DNA from: a virus
DNA length: 64,000 nt
Virus record (IMG/VR): IMGVR_UViG_3300009183_000003
Coordinates: 2,724 to 66,723 of that record
Direction: 5' to 3' (one strand)
The notes under the pieces were generated by a model. The model was given only the letters and a program-made list of their open reading frames with translations, was not told where the DNA came from and searched no databases. The translations under genes were made by a program, and so were the position numbers. This document shows, in pieces, positions 16,589 through 25,169 of the stretch (within the stretch, counting starts at the first letter, position 1; every line of letters starts with the position of its first letter).

Positions 16589-16740
16589 AAAAAGAAATGA
16601 TTAAAAGAAAGGACGGGAGTACATCCCCAAGAGGACTTTGGGACAACATCCGAGCAAACAAAGGATCAGGCAAGAAGCCTACCGCTGCTATGTTAAAGCA
16701 GGAGAAGGTTATTAAGTCTCAAACCAAAAAGAAAAAGTAA
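16585..16740 (+). CDS. small basic protein (51 aa, ...RGLWDNIRANKGSGKKPT...)
   Basis: Translated by hand; ATGA and TAATG coupling to its neighbours. Confidence 0.7.
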   Translation: MKKEMIKRKDGSTSPRGLWDNIRANKGSGKKPTAAMLKQEKVIKSQTKKKK

Positions 16741-16973
16741 TGGCAAGGGTAAAAGTCTCCGCAGGGGGAGAGAAACACGTTGTCTACAAAAAGACTAATA
16801 AGATAGGAAAAGGTAAGCCTGGTGACATCATGGTTAACCACCCGACAAAAGATAAAGGTAAGTGGGACACCATTGACCTAACCAAAAAGGCAGGAGCGAA
16901 GACAGTTCGTGAAGGAGTTTCTGCTGTAAAAAAATGGCACGAACAACATCCTTATTTTAGAAACAATGGCTAA
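16740..16973 (+). CDS. small basic protein
   Basis: 77 aa, K-rich, translationally coupled. Confidence 0.7.
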   Translation: MARVKVSAGGEKHVVYKKTNKIGKGKPGDIMVNHPTKDKGKWDTIDLTKKAGAKTVREGVSAVKKWHEQHPYFRNNG

Positions 16974-17238
16974 GACACCTGCATGGCAAAGAAAAGAAGG
17001 CAAGAGTGCTACAGGAGGACTCAACGCAAAAGGAATCGCTTCTTATAGGAAGGCTAATCCGGGTAGCAAATTACAAAAAGCTGTAACGAAGAAACCCTCT
17101 GAAATAAAGAAGGGAAGTAAGGACGATAAGCGTAGGACCAGTTTCTGTGCGAGAATGTCGGGTGTTCCAGGTCCAATGAAGGACGAAAAGGGGAAGCCAA
17201 CAAGGAAGGCTTTATCTCTAAAAAAATGGAACTGTTAA
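16966..17238 (+). CDS. small basic phage protein, DUF6321-like
   Basis: AWQRKEGK...GGLN.KG..SY...RR.SFCARM.G...LKKWNC. Confidence 0.7.
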   Translation: MAKTPAWQRKEGKSATGGLNAKGIASYRKANPGSKLQKAVTKKPSEIKKGSKDDKRRTSFCARMSGVPGPMKDEKGKPTRKALSLKKWNC

Positions 17239-17274
17239 CAAAAAAATAGTATATTTGTGTAAATATTTATAGCT

Positions 17275-17649
17275 ATGACTTCAGGTACATTAGAATTAGA
17301 AGAGGGACAAAACCTCATTAGAATTAACAACGGTTCAGGCTCAACGGCTATTAACTTTCGCAAGTTGAAGTTTGTTAAGAGTGCTATTGTTCAAGGAGTA
17401 ACTACAACTATTCCAAACGTAGCCCCAACTCTAGCAAACGTACTTGCTGCAAACAATGGTTTGGACACAAATATTTCTACATATTGCACATCAAACTTTG
17501 CTTACGGAACGGACTGGGAAACTACCACTCGTTACATTTGCTACGAATCAAATCGTGATGTAATGAACGCAGCAGGTTCTGCTGTTACCTACTTGCACGC
17601 TCAAGTAGATGTGTACGAAATTGCCAAGTCAACAAATAACGCATTCTAA
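17275..17649 (+). CDS. hypothetical protein, possibly virion-associated
   Basis: 124 aa, T/N/A-rich; own TATATTTG promoter at 17250-17257. Confidence 0.6.
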   Translation: MTSGTLELEEGQNLIRINNGSGSTAINFRKLKFVKSAIVQGVTTTIPNVAPTLANVLAANNGLDTNISTYCTSNFAYGTDWETTTRYICYESNRDVMNAAGSAVTYLHAQVDVYEIAKSTNNAF

Positions 17650-17900
17650 ATAGAATCTCGGTTCATAAAGATAGACTTTATAGACTCGTAAGATAGTTTG
17701 AATAGGCGTGGGTTTCCCATGCCTATTTCTATTACAGCATATTCTGGAACCAACTCGTCAACCTGTCGTATAGACATCACGTCTCGAATGTCGAACATAG
17801 TCCTAACTAATTGCTCTGTCATAGTTAGGTCGAAGAAGTCTACACCCCCAGTGTTGGTCAGGACCTCCATAGCCTCGATATAATAGCCTTTAATCAACAT
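17646..17900 (-). CDS. FlbD-like small beta protein
   Basis: FDIRDVMSIRQ....A.I..G......LSYE.I. Confidence 0.5.
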   Translation of the reverse strand: MLIKGYYIEAMEVLTNTGGVDFFDLTMTEQLVRTMFDIRDVMSIRQVDELVPEYAVIEIGMGNPRLFKLSYESIKSIFMNRDSI

Positions 17901-18093
17901 TTGGTCTTAGGACATGTCGGATTAATCTTCGTAGGTTTTTAGCGTCTCTATAGGAGAGAGGGATTAACTGCCTTCCCTTGTCATCGCTTATAGCAAAGTC
18001 TACCCCTGCGCCATTAGCCCACTCTGTTACCTCTAGTAACTTTCCCTCTTCCTGATCGTGGAAGAAAGTCTTCTTAATTTTTTTTGTGTACAT
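17890..18093 (-). CDS. hypothetical protein
   Basis: LEVTEW.NG.G.D..I motif. Confidence 0.65.
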   Translation of the reverse strand: MYTKKIKKTFFHDQEEGKLLEVTEWANGAGVDFAISDDKGRQLIPLSYRDAKNLRRLIRHVLRPNVD

Positions 18094-18562
18094 TTTCTTT
18101 GAATTTTAATAGTTGGTGTTGGTCTAATACATACGAGTCTCCTGTGCCAAGGTTACGGACGTTCTCATCTTTTTTAATGTCATCCGAGCGAGAGTATCCA
18201 GCAAAACGAATTGTGTAGTCATCCTCCACTATAGCGAGGACATACATATCCATCGGTTGAGAGTTTAACTTAACAATCATACGCCCTTGAGGAAGGCGAG
18301 TGCTTTTTATATCTATCGTCAAGTTCTTATAGACGCAGTCTGGCTGACCTGCCGTATCGTCTCCAAAAGATAAACTGAAGTGGATGTTGTGCCACTTGCA
18401 GAAGGCGTATTCCGAAAGGCATCCGTCAAAGTCAATCTCAAACCCCGACTTGTCCACAGCAAACTTTTGGTCCACCACGTTCTTCTTTCTACTGAAGAAC
18501 GCTCTTGTGGAGGCGAGTGTTCTAAGGAAGTGTACTTCCGACTCGTTTAGTTTAATTTTCAT
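18074..18562 (-). CDS. PD-(D/E)xK restriction-endonuclease-fold protein
   Basis: G.L.E.AF..., PD......IDIKST, YVLA motifs. Confidence 0.6.
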   Translation of the reverse strand: MKIKLNESEVHFLRTLASTRAFFSRKKNVVDQKFAVDKSGFEIDFDGCLSEYAFCKWHNIHFSLSFGDDTAGQPDCVYKNLTIDIKSTRLPQGRMIVKLNSQPMDMYVLAIVEDDYTIRFAGYSRSDDIKKDENVRNLGTGDSYVLDQHQLLKFKENVHKKN

Positions 18563-18657
18563 GACTGAAATCCTGTTTCATTGTCATCACCTCCAAAGTA
18601 GGAGATGATTACTATTATCGCTGTTATGATTACAGCTGCCATTAGAAATTTATTCAT
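18559..18657 (-). CDS. 32-aa single-TM peptide (MNKFLMAAVIITAIIVIISYF...)
   Basis: Translated by hand; ATGA overlap with the nuclease gene. Confidence 0.45.
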   Translation of the reverse strand: MNKFLMAAVIITAIIVIISYFGGDDNETGFQS

Positions 18658-18679
18658 TGTTTTTGTTTTTGTTTTTGTT

Positions 18680-19513
18680 TTATAGCCCACAGTATCCAGA
18701 GTCGCAGTCGTTGAAGTCTTCGTCAAACAAGTCCAACTGCATCTTATATTCTTTTATTTTTTCGTATGTAATTCCGTTCTTAAACGTGCAGTTGTTTTCC
18801 TGCTCCATTCTCATAAACCAGTCAAACTGTTTCTCATCCCTCTTACTCATGTGGTTGAGAAAAATCTCGTTGCGGTGGAAACAACCTACGCAATTGTTTT
18901 TGTAGGCAAATCTTACGTCTTTGTCCTTCCAATATGTTTCAACTGCATCTTTGAATATTCCGTCTTCGATGAGAGGGAATGACACGCTTCGGTATGGCAA
19001 TGTTTTCCACTTCTTCCTTCCGTTCTTTTCGCCGACTTTAAACTTAAACATTTCTATTCCGTCTTCAGCCTTGGCCAACATTGTTTTGGCTCTGCTCATC
19101 TCGTTTGCTCGGAAGCCAATCCTCATATCTATAGGAAGTTCGGTATTCTCGTAACACCATTGAGCGATTGGTTCAACCTTCATTTTAGAGGTGCAGAATC
19201 TTCTAGTTACATTTGGCAAGTAGCCCCCAGCCTTTTTAATCACCTTCTCAAAGGTTGTCTCACTTAGCCATATGATTTCTTGCCCAAGGTATTGCTCAAG
19301 GTCCAACATTGTGTACACAATCGTATCCTCCTCAAGGGTTCCAATGAATTCCTTTCCAATCTTGTCCGAAACAATTTGCCTTACCTTCTCGTCTGGGAAG
19401 AGAACTCGCTTGTCATCCGTCCGCACAAGAGAGAAGACATTGTAGTCAGCCGGGTAGTGAACCGCTAAGTACGAAGATGTCTTCCCTCCGCTTAAACTAT
19501 TTACTGTCTTCAT
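18680..19513 (-). CDS. PAPS-reductase-family (PP-loop) protein with Cys clusters
   Basis: SLSGGKTS PP-loop, RFCT..MK, IGFR..E..R, NCVGCF, C-terminal CDSGYCG. Confidence 0.8.
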   Translation of the reverse strand: MKTVNSLSGGKTSSYLAVHYPADYNVFSLVRTDDKRVLFPDEKVRQIVSDKIGKEFIGTLEEDTIVYTMLDLEQYLGQEIIWLSETTFEKVIKKAGGYLPNVTRRFCTSKMKVEPIAQWCYENTELPIDMRIGFRANEMSRAKTMLAKAEDGIEMFKFKVGEKNGRKKWKTLPYRSVSFPLIEDGIFKDAVETYWKDKDVRFAYKNNCVGCFHRNEIFLNHMSKRDEKQFDWFMRMEQENNCTFKNGITYEKIKEYKMQLDLFDEDFNDCDSGYCGL

Positions 19514-20839
19514 TCAGGAATTTTTCTGTTCGTTAATTAGATTGCTTACCTCTTGAATTCTTTTTCCAATCCAAGCCATTACAGGTACAGCCATTGAGTT
19601 GCCAAGTGCTTTGTATCTTGGTCCATCGGGAGACTCTTCCTTTTTTCTGTATGGAATATTTGTGAAGTTGTCAGGGAATCCTTGAAGTCTCTCACACTCA
19701 ACAGGAGTAAGTCTACGAACCTTTGCATTTTGAATCGTACCACCTGTGTGATTGATATCTGAAGCGGAGGATGATAAGGTTTGAGATGTCTGCTCGTTAA
19801 TACTCATGTTGTACATATCAACGGCAATACTTTTTTCAGAAACAACTAAACCCCTTCCATCTGTCATATCTTGATTACAGAACCCTTTATAATCTCTCGC
19901 TTGTAAAGTACCTACTGTCTCAGAATCATTTGGCGGCAACCATTTGGTTTCTTCAAACAACCATTGATCCGGTGAGGTTGCAATGGTGAAAGACTTTTCT
20001 TCACTTCCAAGGTAACCCTTTCCTGCTGATTTACCAGGAACACCGCCTTGTATTCCCGAGTTCTCAGAAACACCGCCTCGTACTTTAAAACAAAGAGCAG
20101 TCTTTTCTTCGTTTTGAATCACAGCAGAGAAGTGTCCCTTGTCAGGCATATATTGGTCATGGCAACGAGTAGTTAAACTAGCGGCAGTTTGTCCTCCGTC
20201 CCACCATTCTCCTGACTCACTGTTGTCAATAACGCTTCCCTCAATCTCTCGGGTAACTTTTTGCCTCTTACTTCTGCTCTCCGCAATATTCCTGCACAGG
20301 CTTTCGGACTCAAATAGAACCGCTGCGGCAGGTCTCCAGTCTCCAAGATATCCGATAAGAAAGACTCTTCTGCGTCTTTGTGCAACTCCAAAGTGTTGAG
20401 CGTCAAGAATTCTGTAGGCGAACCCATACCCGAGTTCCCCCAACGCCCCGAGGAGGGAACCAAAATCTTTTCCTCCGTTACTTGACAAGACCCCGGGGAC
20501 ATTTTCCCAAACAATCCACTGGGGTTTTGCCTTGTCAGCAATGCGACAGAATTCAAGGGCCAAGTTGCCACGAGAGTCTTCCATTCCTTTTCTGAGACCT
20601 GCGACTGAGAATGATTGGCAGGGAGTTCCTCCAACAAGAACATCGATAGTTGTTTCATTAAATATAGGGTTTGAGTGAATTAAAGTCATGTCTCCAAGAT
20701 TTGGGGTTTGTGGGTAATGGTGTTGTAGCACAGCCGATGGGAAGGGTTCTATTTCAGAGAACCATTGTGGCTTCCATCCTAATGAGTGCCAAGCCATTGT
20801 AGCGGCTTCTATCCCCGAGCATACTGACCCGTACTTCAT
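19514..20839 (-). CDS. dcm: DNA (cytosine-5) methyltransferase
   Basis: Motif I SVCSGIEA, IV GGTPCQSFS, VI ENV, VIII QRRRRVF, IX RRLTPVECERLQGFP, X LGNSMAVPV. Confidence 0.95.
   Translation of the reverse strand: MKYGSVCSGIEAATMAWHSLGWKPQWFSEIEPFPSAVLQHHYPQTPNLGDMTLIHSNPIFNETTIDVLVGGTPCQSFSVAGLRKGMEDSRGNLALEFCRIADKAKPQWIVWENVPGVLSSNGGKDFGSLLGALGELGYGFAYRILDAQHFGVAQRRRRVFLIGYLGDWRPAAAVLFESESLCRNIAESRSKRQKVTREIEGSVIDNSESGEWWDGGQTAASLTTRCHDQYMPDKGHFSAVIQNEEKTALCFKVRGGVSENSGIQGGVPGKSAGKGYLGSEEKSFTIATSPDQWLFEETKWLPPNDSETVGTLQARDYKGFCNQDMTDGRGLVVSEKSIAVDMYNMSINEQTSQTLSSSASDINHTGGTIQNAKVRRLTPVECERLQGFPDNFTNIPYRKKEESPDGPRYKALGNSMAVPVMAWIGKRIQEVSNLINEQKNS
20173..20658 (-). CDS. overprinted alternative-frame ORF inside the MTase (EcoHK31I beta-like arrangement)
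   Basis: 161-aa same-strand nested ORF with LSDILE...P.RFYLSPKAC.GILRRA..RGK.LP..L..AL. Confidence 0.65.
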   Translation of the reverse strand: MKQLSMFLLEELPANHSQSQVSEKEWKTLVATWPLNSVALLTRQNPSGLFGKMSPGSCQVTEEKILVPSSGRWGNSGMGSPTEFLTLNTLELHKDAEESFLSDILETGDLPQRFYLSPKACAGILRRAEVRGKKLPERLREALLTTVSQENGGTEDKLPLV

Positions 20840-21072
20840 TTATTCTTTATTTTTTCGATTGCGCTTTTTAAATACACAGCCATGTCAAGGCACTCCTCGT
20901 ATGCCTCCTGTAACCACATTAGGTGGTCATAGTCATTTCGGTCAACTGTTGTTCCGTACTGCAAGAAACCTTTCTTCTCTCTCTTTTTAAGATCCTCAAT
21001 TAACTTGGTAAGTATCTTGGAGTCTTTAAGTTCGTAGTGAGGTTCCACGTTGTGGGTACTATTCTGCTCCAT
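20836..21072 (-). CDS. all-alpha NTP pyrophosphohydrolase-like (MazG-fold) protein (start revised to ATG 21072)
   Basis: R...G...YGTT.DR.D....WLQEAYEECLDMAVYL. Confidence 0.55.
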   Translation of the reverse strand: MEQNSTHNVEPHYELKDSKILTKLIEDLKKREKKGFLQYGTTVDRNDYDHLMWLQEAYEECLDMAVYLKSAIEKIKNK

Positions 21073-21295
21073 AAGTCTCGTAGTGTTTACGGATAATGTT
21101 CTCAACAAACTTTTGTTTTGTTTCACTCCAATCACTTGTATCTGACTCGTCTTTTGATAGTTGAGCAGACACTCCGTAAATTGTTCCTTCCGCAGTTACA
21201 GATTTAGCTAGAGTATATTCATACTTCATATCTAAAGTAATTTCTCCTTTAAAGTAATACTCTGTCTTGTGTGGCTTTTCGATTGTGATTTCCAT
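21059..21295 (-). CDS. hypothetical protein
   Basis: 78-aa ORF. Confidence 0.6.
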   Translation of the reverse strand: MEITIEKPHKTEYYFKGEITLDMKYEYTLAKSVTAEGTIYGVSAQLSKDESDTSDWSETKQKFVENIIRKHYETYGAE

Positions 21296-21302
21296 TGTGT
21301 TT

Positions 21303-21812
21303 TTAGTGTTGAATGTTTAATTTAAAATATAACTCTCTGTATGCTTGTCTAGGTTGTGGGTATCCAAGCTCCTCCATCCTCTCAACAAAGTATTGGATAA
21401 CCATCCTATCTTTCCAAGATGTCTCCATCGTATTTTCAAACATCTTAATGCCGTGTAAAACAGTCCCATGTTTTTTATTTCCAAACTCATTACCAATACC
21501 CTCTAATGTTACAGGTAGTGTTTTATACATTATCCAATACACCAATTGCCTATAAAGGATATTTTCTCTCTTCCTGTTCTTTTCCCCTGTAGCGTTATAA
21601 ACTTTTACGGCAATATCTTTTACGAGGTCAATGTAGTTCCTCATGTTAGTGCCGATAGCAACATTGTGAATCACATGGCTAAACTTATCAGCCTCCTCTT
21701 TTAGTTGAGGTACATAGAGGATTAAATCACTAATGAATCTTTCCTTACGATCATTTGGCACATACTCTAGGATGTCTCCAAAATGAATCTTTTTTTCCGC
21801 TTGAACTTCCAT
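21303..21812 (-). CDS. DnaA domain IV (C-terminal HTH)-like DNA-binding protein
   Basis: RKRE....RQ...W......TL..IG..FG.K.H.TVLHG.K. Confidence 0.8.
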   Translation of the reverse strand: MEVQAEKKIHFGDILEYVPNDRKERFISDLILYVPQLKEEADKFSHVIHNVAIGTNMRNYIDLVKDIAVKVYNATGEKNRKRENILYRQLVYWIMYKTLPVTLEGIGNEFGNKKHGTVLHGIKMFENTMETSWKDRMVIQYFVERMEELGYPQPRQAYRELYFKLNIQH

Positions 21813-21827
21813 TTTTGTTTTTGTTTA

Positions 21828-22247
21828 TTATTTGAGGTTATTAAAAATTTCTTGAACTTGTTCTAGTGTGTGTCGTTGAATAAAGTCCCAGTAAACGAAC
21901 TTGTACAGATTTTGAAAATATTTGTTCTTGTAACTTTGAGAGTTGACCGGCTTGTCGATGCCAAGTTCTTTACAAGTCCTCTTACTCGCTTTAGTTTTAA
22001 TTTCATCCTTTACTTCTTTATTGATAATGTTATTGTTTCGCAAATATCTAACATTCTTTTCACAAAATCCAAATAAAACTTCAACTATTTCAACATATTT
22101 TTTATCAACACAGATATAAACAGCCTCAATGTTTTCGTAAAACGCTTCTTTTGAACCTGTTAACTCCCCATCTTTCAGTTTAGTAATTGCAACTTGTCGA
22201 AGGCCATATTGAAAAGTGGGGTCAGAATGGTATGTCTTCGTCTTCAT
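21828..22247 (-). CDS. hypothetical protein
   Basis: 139-aa ORF overlapping the primase-helicase stop. Confidence 0.55.
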   Translation of the reverse strand: MKTKTYHSDPTFQYGLRQVAITKLKDGELTGSKEAFYENIEAVYICVDKKYVEIVEVLFGFCEKNVRYLRNNNIINKEVKDEIKTKASKRTCKELGIDKPVNSQSYKNKYFQNLYKFVYWDFIQRHTLEQVQEIFNNLK

Positions 22248-23967
22248 ATTCTTGTTGTCTTGTTTCGTACTCGTCTAATAATATTCCCTTACTATCATCT
22301 CCAATCTCTGAAAATCTTTTTGTCTTCACGTCATAAACAAAAGGAACTTCCCCAACTCGACCAATGAAGGACCAACGTATTTTCTGAATGTTGATGAGGG
22401 TTTGACCAGACACATAGTCTCTGTAAGCAACGAACCCATTGTCGCACTTGTTAAAGAAGTGAGCAGACCCTGCTATGTCGTAAAGTGTTGGCATAACATA
22501 CACTCCATTCTCCTTCCTGATCTTTGTAGGGTGTGCAATAACAAACACATGGACTCCGTAGCGGTCCTTGAATCGTTTAACCTTGGTGAGTGCCTCTGAT
22601 ATGTACTGCGTCTCACTCATTCCCTTTGGGACCTGGTGTTCGACATAGTTCCAAGGATCTATCACAAGGCAATTGATTCCACTTCTCTTTACAAGTTCTG
22701 CGGCTTTGTCTAGGATGCCGTCAATTGTTACATCCATCTCATCAATCTTCATGAAGTAGAAGAACTCTTCAACAAAGTCTCTTGCCTTATCAACTTCCTC
22801 TTGACTCATCTTTGCGGCAGGCACAAAAGAGAAGAAAGGCTTCCCAATAAATATTTCAGCAAGTTCAGAAAAAAGTATCTCTGTGGGTTGCTTTTCTGGG
22901 GAAAACATTGCTATCTTCCACGAATGTTTCGCAGACAATCTGACAAGTAAATTGTTCAGAAAAGTTGACTTTCCTGCGTTGGGTGTTCCTGTAATAATGG
23001 TGAACTCTGAGCCTCGAAACGAGATATGTTCATCAAACTGATTAAACCCTGCTTTCAGCCCATGAGGAAACCCGTTAAGATATATGTCCGTTATTTTTTC
23101 CTTTACGTCATTTACCTTCTCAATGCCTTCTATTGGAATTTGGTAGGCTTCGGCTACAACCTTCTGAAGAAGCTCTACTCCGTAATTAACTAGAATTTCA
23201 TTAGCGTCCTTGCATCCATCAGGTATATTAACATACCAAATCTTTTCTCTTCCTAGTCTTCGGGTTAACTCCTCACGAAGAGATAAACCTGCTGAGTCAT
23301 TATCTGTAAAAATGATTACCTTATCCTTGTCGGCAAATGCGTCAATGCAGTTGTCTAAATATTTAAGGTTCTGATTTCCTTTCGTTGCCCCGTTAGGAAC
23401 GCTTACGACAGGGTAAATTTGAGCTTCCTCCAAAGAGAGGGTGTCCATTTCACCTTCAACGATTACACACCAATCATAGCCCTCTATGGAGTTCAGGTTA
23501 TAGAGTATCAACTCAGCATCCTTCACCATACGAAAGTTCTTTGCCGCATCTCTGTACTTGATGTTAACCAAGTCACCTCCTCGGAAGTAATTAAAACATA
23601 TGGCGTTTCTGTTCTCTCCAGCTTGTGGGAAAAAACATTCCTCCTCAGTAACTTTGAGTTTCAGCAAGGTGTTGTTGGATATTCCTCTCTTCTCAAACCA
23701 AGAGAGGACCTTGTCGCTCACCTTCTGAAGTTTTGATACGGGGACAAAGTATTCAACCTTTCGGTCCGACTTGTTTACGCTCTTCCCCATAAACGATTCA
23801 CAGTTTGGGTAGTGGCACTTGTACACTCCTAACTCGACATTTACAGATAGACTCTTGTCCTTCTTGTTACTTCTCGTGTCTTTGCAGAACGGACAGTTTA
23901 CTTTTTGTTGTGCCGAGATATCCTTGCAGACAATTCCAAGGGCAGATAATTTTTGGTAGTTGCTCAT
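22222..23967 (-). CDS. primase-helicase (T7 gp4/Twinkle-like)
   Basis: Zn finger CPFC...CHYPNC, TOPRIM VEGEMD and TDND.AG, Walker A GTPNAGKST, Walker B LVIDP, AHP.K, acidic EDIPF tail. Confidence 0.95.
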   Translation of the reverse strand: MSNYQKLSALGIVCKDISAQQKVNCPFCKDTRSNKKDKSLSVNVELGVYKCHYPNCESFMGKSVNKSDRKVEYFVPVSKLQKVSDKVLSWFEKRGISNNTLLKLKVTEEECFFPQAGENRNAICFNYFRGGDLVNIKYRDAAKNFRMVKDAELILYNLNSIEGYDWCVIVEGEMDTLSLEEAQIYPVVSVPNGATKGNQNLKYLDNCIDAFADKDKVIIFTDNDSAGLSLREELTRRLGREKIWYVNIPDGCKDANEILVNYGVELLQKVVAEAYQIPIEGIEKVNDVKEKITDIYLNGFPHGLKAGFNQFDEHISFRGSEFTIITGTPNAGKSTFLNNLLVRLSAKHSWKIAMFSPEKQPTEILFSELAEIFIGKPFFSFVPAAKMSQEEVDKARDFVEEFFYFMKIDEMDVTIDGILDKAAELVKRSGINCLVIDPWNYVEHQVPKGMSETQYISEALTKVKRFKDRYGVHVFVIAHPTKIRKENGVYVMPTLYDIAGSAHFFNKCDNGFVAYRDYVSGQTLINIQKIRWSFIGRVGEVPFVYDVKTKRFSEIGDDSKGILLDEYETRQQEYEDEDIPF

Positions 23968-24698
23968 ATTTTATTGAAAAATCCTTTTTCAGCTTTGTTT
24001 ATTTCATCTTGAGTTTTGAAGTGTGTGCTTCCAAATACATCTCTCACCTTGATTTTTTCCTCTTTAATCTTATTCTCTTCCTTAAACCAAACGTGCATCT
24101 TGAGTCTCCAATTCCTGACGGGAGATCCACTCTTGTCATGCCAGTTGCCATCGGTGTAGTAATTAAACGCTTTGATAGCGGCATCCTCCCTGTAACCCTT
24201 ATCTCTAAAAAACATCTTCACTTCTTCTACAGTAGGTGGCACAAAACTATTTTTCGGTTTTTTTGCCAATGTATCTATATTAGTATTTGTATTAATATTA
24301 GTATTTGTATTAGTGTGTCTTTGTATAGGCATACTCTGACCGAGGTCGGCAAATCCCGATGTCGGCTTTTCCCGAATGTCGGGTTCCGTTAATGTCGGTT
24401 CTTCGTATACAATATGATTCCACCCCTTGAATACTTTTGTCTGTGGGTCAATAACTTTTACGCTAAGAATATAACCTTTCTCTTGGAGTTGTTTAAACAC
24501 ACGATCTATAGCCCCCTTAGACTCATTTGTTTTTTCGGGAAGACTTTTTTTGTAAAGCACCCAATCAATGGGCAGGCTTAATAGATAAACAAGTAATCCC
24601 TTCTCTTCAATTGTTATGGAGCAATCCTGTAACAACTTGTTGCTTAACATGGTGAAGGCTTTCTCAGATTTAGCTCTAACGATTTGTCCTGTGTTCAT
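23964..24698 (-). CDS. phage replication initiator/replisome organizer (N-terminal wHTH)
   Basis: FT...N.LL.D..I....KGLL.YLLS.P.DW, NTNTNIN linker, F.PPT.EEV...W....G....NW. Confidence 0.8.
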   Translation of the reverse strand: MNTGQIVRAKSEKAFTMLSNKLLQDCSITIEEKGLLVYLLSLPIDWVLYKKSLPEKTNESKGAIDRVFKQLQEKGYILSVKVIDPQTKVFKGWNHIVYEEPTLTEPDIREKPTSGFADLGQSMPIQRHTNTNTNINTNTNIDTLAKKPKNSFVPPTVEEVKMFFRDKGYREDAAIKAFNYYTDGNWHDKSGSPVRNWRLKMHVWFKEENKIKEEKIKVRDVFGSTHFKTQDEINKAEKGFFNKI

Positions 24699-24712
24699 AA
24701 TATTTTAGTGAT

Positions 24713-24810
24713 AAAAATGCCCCGAAGAACAGGGAGGTAGAGGACTCACCTATTCAACAGGGCTAGTATTTGTTTATTTTGTCGGCCTCTACTCCAACGA
24801 AACAAAGATA
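24713..24810 (-). promoter_or_regulatory. promoter plus structured 5' leader (attenuator-like) of the replication operon
   Basis: TATCTTTG 24803-24810; hairpin 24719-24763 plus U tract; 5' GGAGUAGAGG complementary to CCUCUACCUCC. Confidence 0.65.
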
Positions 24811-24817
24811 ATAAAAA

Positions 24818-25033
24818 TTACGCTGCTCTCCAAACACGAACTCCACCATCCGTTGATCGGGCAGTTAGTTCGTATTTCTTTTTCTTCTTTTGGTAGAAAA
24901 GTTTAGCAAGGTATTTTGATGTTTCTCCAGGAACAAAGAAAGAGTCTCCTACTTCCATCTCCGGTAAAACATATTCGGTTTTTCTACCTCTCCCACTTGT
25001 GCTTGGGATTGGTATATTTTTATCTACGTTCAT
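24818..25033 (-). CDS. small putative DNA-binding protein
   Basis: K.IPIP....Y....MEVGDSFFVP....GVRVWR; promoter at 25057-25064 on the minus strand. Confidence 0.7.
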   Translation of the reverse strand: MNVDKNIPIPSTSGRGRKTEYVLPEMEVGDSFFVPGETSKYLAKLFYQKKKKKYELTARSTDGGVRVWRAA

Positions 25034-25169
25034 TTTTGTTGTGTGTTAATTCTTCGCAAATATACATTATACAAATCAAAATCCTAATAATATTTTATAA
25101 ACAACAATGTTAAAAACTATTTGAAGAACCTTTCAATATAATTTATACATTTGTGAAAATTATATAACA

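Noticed and set aside
24276-24317. ATTAGTATTTGT repeats as origin iterons inside the initiator gene
   Set aside because: They encode the NTNTNIN low-complexity linker; a lambda-O-like internal origin cannot be excluded, but I see no independent support
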